A DNA stretch of 64,000 nt from Bacteroidota bacterium. GTDB taxonomy: Bacteria > Bacteroidota > Bacteroidia > Bacteroidales > JAGONC01. Each line of letters begins with the position of its first letter. Position 1 is the first letter of the stretch. Below the pieces are notes generated by a model that saw only the letters and a program-made list of their open reading frames with translations, did not search any database and was not told the DNA's origin. The position numbers and the translations under genes were made by a program. Positions 18,044-25,734 of this stretch are shown here, in pieces. The DNA is taken from positions 134,278-198,277 of the forward strand of contig JAKLFC010000005.1 of the NCBI GenBank assembly GCA_022711405.1, in the 5' to 3' direction.

Positions 18044-19044
18044 GGCAGTTGATTAAAGTCGTTGATTCGTGTGATATTCTTATTTATAATATTTTCATCC
18101 GGAGCGACATATCCGGCATCCTCGATCGTTTGCCGGCCATTTTCAAAGATCCAGATGATGAATTCGTTGACCAGTTTGTTGACAGGCGGCCTGCCGAAGA
18201 TAATGAAGAGTGTCCGGGCTGGCGGTGATGGATAGGAGCCGCGTTTGATGGCGTATGACAGATCCTCCAGGTTGTTAAAGAAGTTCTCGTATATGTCGAT
18301 CTTTCCATTCTTATCCAGGTCGATAGGGATCACGGCCAGGTCTCCCATGGGCTCAAATGTTTTCCGGTCGTAAATATACCGCATGCTTGCATAGCCGATG
18401 CTGTATGTATTCTTCCGGACTGCCATGACCATCCCGGCTTCACCGTAAACGCCCGTGCCGGTGAGGTGGCTCTGATCCGTACCGAGGAAGCTTGACCAGA
18501 TTTCACCGGATTCACAAAGGTCGGTGCGCGTGAATGGATTGATCTGGTATGAGGAATCTGCTTTTGTAAGTTGTCCCCAGTGATCCAGTGTCGCATCAAG
18601 AAAGATGTACCTGAACTGATTCTGCGTGATACCGCTGGATTTCAGCTTCTCCAGGTAAGGATTGGTTTTGTTGCCAAAAGGCAGAATGGCATCGTATGCC
18701 AGTGGCATCGAAATCAGGCTGGTATCCCACGAACCTTCCTTGATGGTATTGGCAGGATTCTCTGAATCCATCATCCTGAAACAAATATCCGGCTGGTTGT
18801 GTATGGAACTACCGGGTGTAACATCAATCCTGACATCCGGATAGATCCTGTTGAATTCGAAGGCCAGCTGGGACAGCAAGGGGTAAAGTTCCAGCGAACC
18901 GGTAATCGTGATATACGGGATTATTTTACGCGGCCGGTGTTTCTCGTCCTGGCTGCCTCTGTTCGAACAGCTGCCGGTCACCAGATACAGACCGAGCAAT
19001 CCAATGCAGATGACTGAAAATAAACGGAGTAACCTTTTCTGCAT
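18040..19044 (-). CDS. Divergent PstS-like substrate-binding lipoprotein (paralog, ligand uncertain)
   Basis: Lipobox VTGSC. It has the same length and C-terminal half as pstS (YPSPPAR...KWI(L/F)..GQ). The GG-x-GKG...SR region is not conserved. It has a 4-nt overlap with pstS. Confidence 0.6.
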   Translation of the reverse strand: MQKRLLRLFSVICIGLLGLYLVTGSCSNRGSQDEKHRPRKIIPYITITGSLELYPLLSQLAFEFNRIYPDVRIDVTPGSSIHNQPDICFRMMDSENPANTIKEGSWDTSLISMPLAYDAILPFGNKTNPYLEKLKSSGITQNQFRYIFLDATLDHWGQLTKADSSYQINPFTRTDLCESGEIWSSFLGTDQSHLTGTGVYGEAGMVMAVRKNTYSIGYASMRYIYDRKTFEPMGDLAVIPIDLDKNGKIDIYENFFNNLEDLSYAIKRGSYPSPPARTLFIIFGRPPVNKLVNEFIIWIFENGRQTIEDAGYVAPDENIINKNITRINDFNQLP

Positions 19045-19070
19045 TAAAACAGGTATGAGATTTTAACGAG

Positions 19071-19078
19071 CAAAGTTA
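19071..19078 (-). promoter_or_regulatory. -7 box (TAACTTTG) upstream of the pst operon
   Basis: TAnnTTTG on the minus strand, about 27 nt upstream of the ATG at 19044. Confidence 0.35.
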
Positions 19079-19088
19079 AAAAAACCAT

Positions 19089-19119
19089 TTTGTTATTCCT
19101 TCAAAGTTTAATACTTTTG
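19089..19119 (+). promoter_or_regulatory. Promoter (-33 TTTG, -7 TACTTTTG) for the 19137 gene
   Basis: TTTG at 19089-19092 and TACTTTTG at 19112-19119 are 19 nt apart. The ATG is at 19137. Confidence 0.5.
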
Positions 19120-19136
19120 ATACATAATCGTATTTT

Positions 19137-20324
19137 ATGATGAAAGGAAAACACTTCATCCTGACGGCTGCACTGTCCATCGTACTGATCTTACAATCGG
19201 AAGCACAGGTAAACGTTTCAATGGTTACCGACCCTGCTGCTTTTGAGGGTAAGGAAGGCAGCTTCTATTACCTGCCCGGGACCTATCTTGAGCTGGAGGT
19301 TTGCTTTGATCTTGTTGAAAAGATCAGGGGACCGTATGCGGATTATGCCTATAAGTTCCTCGGGCTGGATTCTGTGATCACGATCAATGAGCGATTTTAC
19401 GAATTGAAGGGCATCCGCTGTGACACCCGTACAGGTCCGGATCCCGGACAGCTGTATTTTGTGGAGTTCTTGCAGAAGCAGAGCAAAGATCCCCTGGAGC
19501 TTCACATGGTGTTTTCAGAGGAGGGATTTCTCACGGAGGCTGCCATGGGGATGGACATGACTTCCGTGCCCGTTACGGTTCAGCCGGAGAACGGGCCCGG
19601 GGTGATGCCCTGCAATAAGGTGGATCGAGAGGGCTTGTTCCGGTACTATGCCACCAGCAACCAGGTACTGAAGATAGACACCATCATTAAAATGGTCACC
19701 ATCGATACCTCCACTTTCAAAGACATCAGTTACAAGAGATCCATGATCTACAAGACCATGGAAGAAAGGGCAGGAGAAGCTGCTGAGCTCATCTCTTCCA
19801 TTCGGGAAGACCGGCTGAAGCTGCTCACCGGCTATCAGGAGGTTGGTTACAGCCAGGGAACCATGGAGTATATGGATGCCAGGCTACTGGGAATGGAAGA
19901 TGCCTACCTGTCGCTTTTTAAAGGTTATGTCAGCCGTGAAGGATACAAGGTGCGTCTGGTCTATTTCCCCTCTTCGGAAAAAGTTGGACAGGCTGATGAG
20001 ATCTGCCGTTTTTCTTCAACCGCAGGGATATCAGGATCGCATGATCCGCAGGGTGAGCCGGTACTGATCAGAATTGAACCTGTGGGAGCCTCCGGAGCTG
20101 TCCCATCGCAGGTATCAGGCTCTCCATCCGCCGCGGGCCAGGGCTTCGTATTCAGGACGCCGGGATTATGCCGTGTGAGCATCCAATGGAAGGAAAACGA
20201 AATGCTGAACAAGGAAATTCCCATTCATCAGCTGGGAATCCTGAGTCATTATCCCGCCACATCCAGATTTCATGTACAGATGCATCCGGCAGGCGGTTCT
20301 GTAAGGCAGGTAAGCGTACGATAG
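19137..20324 (+). CDS. Hypothetical secreted protein (signal peptide); family not recognised with confidence
   Basis: 395 aa. The N-terminal signal is KHFILTAALSIVLILQSEAQ. No catalytic motif was recognised. Confidence 0.5.
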   Translation: MMKGKHFILTAALSIVLILQSEAQVNVSMVTDPAAFEGKEGSFYYLPGTYLELEVCFDLVEKIRGPYADYAYKFLGLDSVITINERFYELKGIRCDTRTGPDPGQLYFVEFLQKQSKDPLELHMVFSEEGFLTEAAMGMDMTSVPVTVQPENGPGVMPCNKVDREGLFRYYATSNQVLKIDTIIKMVTIDTSTFKDISYKRSMIYKTMEERAGEAAELISSIREDRLKLLTGYQEVGYSQGTMEYMDARLLGMEDAYLSLFKGYVSREGYKVRLVYFPSSEKVGQADEICRFSSTAGISGSHDPQGEPVLIRIEPVGASGAVPSQVSGSPSAAGQGFVFRTPGLCRVSIQWKENEMLNKEIPIHQLGILSHYPATSRFHVQMHPAGGSVRQVSVR

Positions 20325-20383
20325 GAGCTTCATTTTCATTTATAGAGCAGTTACCGTATTTCTAACCTTAAACACACAAAACC

Positions 20384-20989
20384 ATGAACCTAATTGAACG
20401 TGCAAAAAACATTCTGTTCAAACCGAAGGATGAATGGAAGGTGATCGCAGCAGAAGAGCCGAACACACAATCACTCATCTTTAGCTATGTATTGCCTCTT
20501 GCCCTGATACCTGCCGTGGCGCGGTTCATCGGGTTCGGGGTGTTCGGATTCCATGTAGGCCGCTTTGCAGGGATGACGGGAATAGGATGGGGTCTGTCAT
20601 CAGGTATCATCTCTCTGGTCACCACCATACTGGCCCTCTTTGTTGCGGCTTTCATCATTGATATCCTTGCTCCCTCCTTCAAATCAGAGAAAAACTTCGG
20701 CCGTTCGATGCAGCTTGTGGCGTATTCGTATACACCGGTATGGGTCGCCGGAATATTGTACCTGATCCCCATCCTTGGCATCGTGGCTTCGCTGGTGGGT
20801 CTGTATGGTATCTATATCATGTACCTCGGCATGGGCGACATCAAGAAGACGCCCGACGACAGCAAGGTGGGGTATATGGTGGTCAGCGCTATTGTCGCCA
20901 TTGTGATCATGTGGATCATTTCGGCCATTCTCATGGCGATCGCCACTTCGATGTTCTTTGCCGGAGCCGGAACGCTCAGGTTCTTCTAA
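20384..20989 (+). CDS. Yip1-domain membrane protein
   Basis: 201 aa. The N-terminus IERAKNILFKPKDEWKVI is followed by five hydrophobic helices, the typical Yip1/DUF1282 layout. Confidence 0.6.
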   Translation: MNLIERAKNILFKPKDEWKVIAAEEPNTQSLIFSYVLPLALIPAVARFIGFGVFGFHVGRFAGMTGIGWGLSSGIISLVTTILALFVAAFIIDILAPSFKSEKNFGRSMQLVAYSYTPVWVAGILYLIPILGIVASLVGLYGIYIMYLGMGDIKKTPDDSKVGYMVVSAIVAIVIMWIISAILMAIATSMFFAGAGTLRFF

Positions 20990-21018
20990 TTAGGTAGGAT
21001 AGAGGTAATATATTTAAT

Positions 21019-21240
21019 GTACCCTACCCCTGCAGAGGGTGTATCAAAATGCTTTTCTTAAACACAAAGGTACTCAAAGTACTTTACAAAGGAACACTAA
21101 GTTATTCATAATCAATGATAATGCTTTGGGCACCTTTGTGAAAACCTTCGTGTTCCTTTGTGGTTAAATACATTTGATACAACCTCGACGGGGGAGGGGT
21201 AAGATAGAAAAAATCCCCCTGCTTGCACCCGAATCAGGTT
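21019..21240. repeat. GC-rich compound palindrome, copy 4, whose outer arms enclose MITE copy B
   Basis: The left arm gtaccctacccctgca (21019-21034) and right arm gacgggggaggggtaa (21187-21202) match the outer arms of the intact copy at 38757-38812. The downstream module ...ccccctgcttgcacccgaat resembles ccggtgcttgcaccggaat. Confidence 0.65.
21035..21186 (+). mobile_element. MITE-like non-coding repeat, copy B
   Basis: 152 bp. The terminal inverted repeats are GAGGGTGTATCAAA / TTTGATACAACCTC (13 of 14 match). The interior aligns with the reverse complement of 7374-7526. Confidence 0.75.
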
Positions 21241-21295
21241 GTAGCACTGCTTTTCAGCGGGATTCCGCTCAATTGCGTTTTGGTCAACCTGTAGC

Positions 21296-22111
21296 CTAAA
21301 TAATCGCTTCCCGTATTCTCAGCAATTTGACCAGCAGCGCCTCCAGCTGGTTCAGCGCTAACATGTTGGCACCGTCGGACCGGGCTGAAGCGGGATCGGG
21401 ATGGGTTTCCAGGAATATTCCGTCCACACCGGCTGCAATACCTGCTTTGGCAAGCGTTCCGATCATTTCCGGCAGGCCTCCGGTGACACCAGTGGGCTGG
21501 TTGGGCTGCTGAAGAGAGTGGGTCACGTCGAGGACCACCGTGACCCCGAATCGCTTCATCTGCGGAATCCCCCTGAAATCCACCACCAGATCCTGGTAGC
21601 CGAATGTGGTTCCTCTTTCCGTGACCATGATGTGATCGTTGCCGGAATCCCGGACTTTTTCAATGGCGAACCGGATGGCATCCGGGGAGAGAAATTGCCC
21701 TTTCTTGATATTTATGCATTTTTCCGTTTTTGCAGCAGCTACCAGGATATCGGTTTGCCGGCACAGGAAAGCCGGAATTTGGAGTATGTCGACATAGCGT
21801 GCGACGAGTTTTGCCTCATCAGCCGAGTGAAAATCAGTGAGTGTCGGAATGTCGAATTCCCTGCCCACTGCCTGAATGGTCTCCAGTCCTTTTATATCAC
21901 CTATTCCGGTAAAGGAATCCAGCCGCGAGCGGTTCGCCTTCCGGTAGGATGCTTTGAAAATATAAGGTATACCGAGCTTGTCTGAGATTTCTTTTACCTG
22001 CTGTGCTATCGTGAAGGGCATAATGCCATCTTCAACAACACAGGGCCCGGCGATAAGGAAGAAGGAATTCTTCTCTGTATGTTTGATTTTAGGTACCAAT
22101 TGCAAATTCAT
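21296..22111 (-). CDS. kdsA: 3-deoxy-8-phosphooctulonate (KDO-8-P) synthase
   Basis: 271 aa. The sequence contains FFLIAGPCVVE...FKASYRKANRS...DVTHSLQ. Confidence 0.9.
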   Translation of the reverse strand: MNLQLVPKIKHTEKNSFFLIAGPCVVEDGIMPFTIAQQVKEISDKLGIPYIFKASYRKANRSRLDSFTGIGDIKGLETIQAVGREFDIPTLTDFHSADEAKLVARYVDILQIPAFLCRQTDILVAAAKTEKCINIKKGQFLSPDAIRFAIEKVRDSGNDHIMVTERGTTFGYQDLVVDFRGIPQMKRFGVTVVLDVTHSLQQPNQPTGVTGGLPEMIGTLAKAGIAAGVDGIFLETHPDPASARSDGANMLALNQLEALLVKLLRIREAII

Positions 22112-22140
22112 GGTAATTCTTAGAAATAATGGTTATTCAT

Positions 22141-22240
22141 TGTTCTGTTGTTCTATTGTCAAATTGTTAAATTGTTAAATTGTTATTTACCCTTTACCAA
22201 ATACCGTTTACTGTCAACCGTCAACCGTCAACCGTCAACC
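22141..22240. repeat. Simple-sequence spacer: AACAATT-type words (as TTGTTAA on the + strand) plus a 4x perfect GTCAACC heptamer array
   Basis: Positions 22141-22185 read tgttctgttgttctattgtcaaattgttaaattgttaaattgtta. Positions 22213-22240 read gtcaaccgtcaaccgtcaaccgtcaacc. It lies between the rarA stop and the kdsA start. Confidence 0.8.
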
Positions 22241-22243
22241 ACT

Positions 22244-23518
22244 TCAGTACCCATACTTCCCCTTCCACAGTGCTCTGAGCCATTTCCTCAGGTCATTTTC
22301 CCGTGGATTATCCTGTGGATCGTAGATCTTTGTTCCTTTGATCTTATCCGGCAGGAATTCCTGTTCCACGAAGTTACCTGAATAATCATGGGCGTATTTA
22401 TAGTTTTTTCCATAACCGATCTCCTTCATCAGGCTGGTGGGTGCGTTACGGATGTGCAGGGGAATGGCAAGGTCGCCTGCCTGATGGACCAGCCCGATGG
22501 CTTTCTCGATGGCCAGGTATGAAGCATTGCTTTTTGGAGAAGAAGCCAGGTAGATGGCGGTCTGGGATAGGATGATCCTGCATTCGGGATAGCCGGTCTT
22601 CCGGACAGCCTCGAAACAGGCATTGGCCAGTAAAAGTGCGTTGGGATTCGCGTTGCCGATGTCTTCCGATGCCAGGATGACCATCCGGCGGGCGATGAAT
22701 TCGGGATCCTCACCGGCCTCCACCATTCGGGCCAGCCAGTAAACGGCTCCGTTGGGATCGCTTCCCCGCATGGATTTGATGAACGCAGAGATGATATCGT
22801 AATGCATTTCCCCCTGCTTGTCGTACAGGGCAAGGTTCTGCTGGATCACTCCGATGGTCTTTTCATTAGTAATACCGACCTCTTTTTGCCCTGGCTTCTC
22901 TGCGTTGAGGATCAGTTCGACGGCATTGAGCAGTTTTCTTGCGTCTCCTCCAGAGATGCGCATCAGTGCCTCATCTTCCGTGATGGTCACCGTAATGCCG
23001 GACTGCTTTTTGATATAGGAGCAGGCTCTCTGCAGCAATACGCGGAGATCTGCCGCGTCGAAAGCTTTCAGGATGTATACCTGGCACCGGGAGAGGAGAG
23101 GGGAGATGACCTCGAAGGAGGGGTTTTCGGTTGTGGCTCCGATCAGGGTGATGATACCCTTTTCCACTGCACTGAGCAGGGAATCCTGCTGTGATTTGCT
23201 GAAACGGTGTATCTCGTCGATGAAAAGGATAGGACGCTGTTCACTCCCCGTCGCCTCATCGATCACCTGTCTGACCTCCCTGACACCGGAGTTCACTGCG
23301 CTCAGGGTATAGAACGGCCGGCTCAGCTGCCTGGATATAATGTAGGCCAGCGTAGTTTTGCCCACTCCCGGAGGACCCCACAGGATCATGGAGGGGATAT
23401 TGCCCGTCCGGATGGCTTTTCTCAGGATCGAATGCTCCCCTGTAAGATGCCCCTGTCCAAGGAAATCCTCCAGCGTCGAAGGCCTCAGTTGTTCTGCCAG
23501 CGGGGGTAAGGTGCCCAT
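22244..23518 (-). CDS. rarA: Replication-associated recombination protein A (AAA+ ATPase)
   Basis: LRPSTLEDFLGQGHL, Walker A GPPGVGKTT, Walker B LFIDEIHRF and the MgsA C-terminal region are present. Confidence 0.9.
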   Translation of the reverse strand: MGTLPPLAEQLRPSTLEDFLGQGHLTGEHSILRKAIRTGNIPSMILWGPPGVGKTTLAYIISRQLSRPFYTLSAVNSGVREVRQVIDEATGSEQRPILFIDEIHRFSKSQQDSLLSAVEKGIITLIGATTENPSFEVISPLLSRCQVYILKAFDAADLRVLLQRACSYIKKQSGITVTITEDEALMRISGGDARKLLNAVELILNAEKPGQKEVGITNEKTIGVIQQNLALYDKQGEMHYDIISAFIKSMRGSDPNGAVYWLARMVEAGEDPEFIARRMVILASEDIGNANPNALLLANACFEAVRKTGYPECRIILSQTAIYLASSPKSNASYLAIEKAIGLVHQAGDLAIPLHIRNAPTSLMKEIGYGKNYKYAHDYSGNFVEQEFLPDKIKGTKIYDPQDNPRENDLRKWLRALWKGKYGY

Positions 23519-23524
23519 GGATCA

Positions 23525-23848
23525 TTAAATTAAATCGAGCATCCAGCGGTCGATCTCTTTTGCCCAGGCATAAATGCCGTCCTCAAGGGTGTATATGTTC
23601 CGCATTCCATGGTCAATTTCCAGGGCGGTAGTGACTGGAGGGGTTTTGGTCCCGTATCTGCAATACATCACCACAGGGATTTCCCGGGCGACCTGATTCA
23701 GATGATCAAAGATCTCTTTTTTAGGAATACACACCGCTCCCGGGATGTGACAGACCCCGAAGTCAGACTGCTCCCTGATGTCGACGATCTGGATGTGTTC
23801 CCCTTCATCGATCTTTCTCTTAAGCTCAAAAACCGTTATCTTTTTCAT
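23525..23848 (-). CDS. Rhodanese-like domain protein
   Basis: 107 aa. The active-site loop is YCRYGTK, and IVDIRE...HIPGA is typical of single-domain rhodaneses. Confidence 0.75.
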   Translation of the reverse strand: MKKITVFELKRKIDEGEHIQIVDIREQSDFGVCHIPGAVCIPKKEIFDHLNQVAREIPVVMYCRYGTKTPPVTTALEIDHGMRNIYTLEDGIYAWAKEIDRWMLDLI

Positions 23849-23872
23849 AACCGCTTATTAACCTAATACAGG

Positions 23873-23880
23873 CAAAGATA
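23873..23880 (-). promoter_or_regulatory. -7 box (TATCTTTG) upstream of the rhodanese/rarA genes
   Basis: TAnnTTTG on the minus strand, about 25 nt upstream of the ATG at 23848. Confidence 0.4.
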
Positions 23881-23925
23881 CGCATATCGGCAGATCAAAT
23901 ATAGGGTGTAATTTTATTCGCTGGC

Positions 23926-24723
23926 ATGCTCCGTACATATAAAGCCCTATTTTTGCAGGGATTTCTCATCGAATCCATCGCTAAATCCGGTTGCATGCCT
24001 GTTATCCATGATTCGGTTGAACTCCTGCCGATATTTGCCGTTACTGCATTCACGGCAGGCTACCTGCTTTATTCATTTATCGCTGGATCCCGGATCTTAA
24101 AGAGTAAGATGGAGGTACGCCTTGGTACGGAGAAAACCAACGTGTACTGGATCCTTCTGCAAAAACTGGCCGGATTTCTGTTCCTGGGGCTCCTGCCAGC
24201 CCTCGCGATGCTCATGATGCCGGTGACCCTCAGGCAGGTTGGTGTTTCCTTTGTCAACATTCCCCAGAGCCTGTTATGGATTGGCGGAATGGGAGCAGTG
24301 ATCGTTCTGGTCAATTTGATGGCCGCGCGAAAGCCGGGAAATCTTGCCATGTATCCACAGATGAGGATCACCCGCTGGACTCCGAAAATACTGGCCATCA
24401 GTTCCATGGGCTGGATGCTGTATCTGCTGGGGTATGAATTCATCTTCAGGGGGGTGCTGTTATTCTTATGCATCCCCGTCATGGGGGTCTGGCCTTCCAT
24501 CGTACTGAATGTTTCCCTTTATGCCCTGGTGCATCTTCCCAAGGGCCCGCGGGAAACCATTGCAAGTATCCCCATGGGATTGATCCTGTGCCTTCTTACC
24601 CTGAAAACAGGTACGATCTGGGTGGCGTATTTTTCGCATGTGATCCTTGCCCTGTCCAATGAATACCTTTCCATCCATTTTCACCCGGAAATGAAGTTGG
24701 AGATCAAAAGCAAAGGATCATGA
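23926..24723 (+). CDS. CPBP-family intramembrane metalloprotease (CAAX protease/Abi)
   Basis: Multi-TM protein with motif 1 EFIFRGVLL and later ALVHLPKG and FSHVILALSNE, the CPBP His/Glu motifs. The start codon is uncertain. Confidence 0.65.
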   Translation: MLRTYKALFLQGFLIESIAKSGCMPVIHDSVELLPIFAVTAFTAGYLLYSFIAGSRILKSKMEVRLGTEKTNVYWILLQKLAGFLFLGLLPALAMLMMPVTLRQVGVSFVNIPQSLLWIGGMGAVIVLVNLMAARKPGNLAMYPQMRITRWTPKILAISSMGWMLYLLGYEFIFRGVLLFLCIPVMGVWPSIVLNVSLYALVHLPKGPRETIASIPMGLILCLLTLKTGTIWVAYFSHVILALSNEYLSIHFHPEMKLEIKSKGS

Positions 24724-25709
24724 ACGTATTTGTCACCGGAGCGACCGGATTCATTGGTGTATCGCTGTGTCATGCCCTGGCTCAGAGGGGTCATACGGTT
24801 CACGCCCTGGTTCGCGATCCGGCGAAGGCCGGTCAGATCCTGCATGACCGGATCCGCGTAGTCAGCGGGCATGTTCTTGATCCGGAATGCCTTGCACAGG
24901 GAATGGAATCGTGTGATGCCGTCATTCATATGGCGGCGTTGGCAAGGGTATGGTCCCGGGATCCGGATGAGTTTCATGCTGTCAATGTCCATGGTACGGT
25001 AAATGTCATGGATGCGGCCGTGCGGGCAGGCGTGAAGCGGGTCCTGGTCACTTCCACGGCGGGAGTGTATGGCCCTTCCACCGATGGCAAGCCTGTCAGC
25101 GAGAAAACGACGGCAGGAATGGATCATTTCACACCCTATGAGCATACCAAGGCCATCGCTGACCAGGAGGCCGGAAAATATTCCGCCATCGGGATGGATG
25201 TTGTCTTTCTTCATCCCACCAGGGTGTTCGGGCCAGGCCAGCTCAGTGAGAGCAATACCGTGACTGCCATGATCGATGGCTACCTGAAAGGCAAATGGCG
25301 TATTATTCCGGGAAATGGAAAAAGCATGGGGAATTATGTTTATGTGGATGATGTGGTGCAGGGTCATCTCCTGGCCCTGGAGAAAGGGACCGGAGGCGAA
25401 CACTATATCCTTGGAGGAGAAAATGTTACCTATCATGAGTTTTTTGATATCCTGAAAGAGCAATCAGGGATCTACCACAGGTTGTTTCACATACCTTACT
25501 GTGCCATGTTATCTGCCTCCACGCTCATGGGCATTTTTGCCCGTTTTGGATTCAAACCTCTGATAACCAATGGTTTTGTCAGGAAATATAATTACCACTG
25601 GATCAACGATAGCCGAAAAGCGATGAACGAACTGGGATACCGCCCCATTTCGCTGAGAGAGGGGATGGACAAAACCATCAGCTGGATCCGGGACATGAAT
25701 GCAATATAA
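24720..25709 (+). CDS. NAD-dependent epimerase/dehydratase family (extended SDR)
   Basis: The Rossmann motif GATGFIG and catalytic YEHTK (YxxxK) are present. 4-nt overlap with the CPBP gene. Confidence 0.75.
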   Translation: MNVFVTGATGFIGVSLCHALAQRGHTVHALVRDPAKAGQILHDRIRVVSGHVLDPECLAQGMESCDAVIHMAALARVWSRDPDEFHAVNVHGTVNVMDAAVRAGVKRVLVTSTAGVYGPSTDGKPVSEKTTAGMDHFTPYEHTKAIADQEAGKYSAIGMDVVFLHPTRVFGPGQLSESNTVTAMIDGYLKGKWRIIPGNGKSMGNYVYVDDVVQGHLLALEKGTGGEHYILGGENVTYHEFFDILKEQSGIYHRLFHIPYCAMLSASTLMGIFARFGFKPLITNGFVRKYNYHWINDSRKAMNELGYRPISLREGMDKTISWIRDMNAI

Positions 25710-25734
25710 ATGAATAATCATAAACTTCCAATAA

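Noticed and set aside
22213-22240. Heptamer and other short tandem arrays considered as a possible CRISPR array
   Set aside because: The repeat units are 7-10 nt with no unique spacers of 25-40 nt between them. No cas genes occur in the window. These are simple-sequence repeats.
24681-25463. 260-aa minus-strand ORF antisense to the epimerase/dehydratase gene
   Set aside because: The plus-strand product has the GATGFIG Rossmann motif and a YxxxK catalytic pair. The antisense translation has no recognisable features and no plausible promoter or start context.
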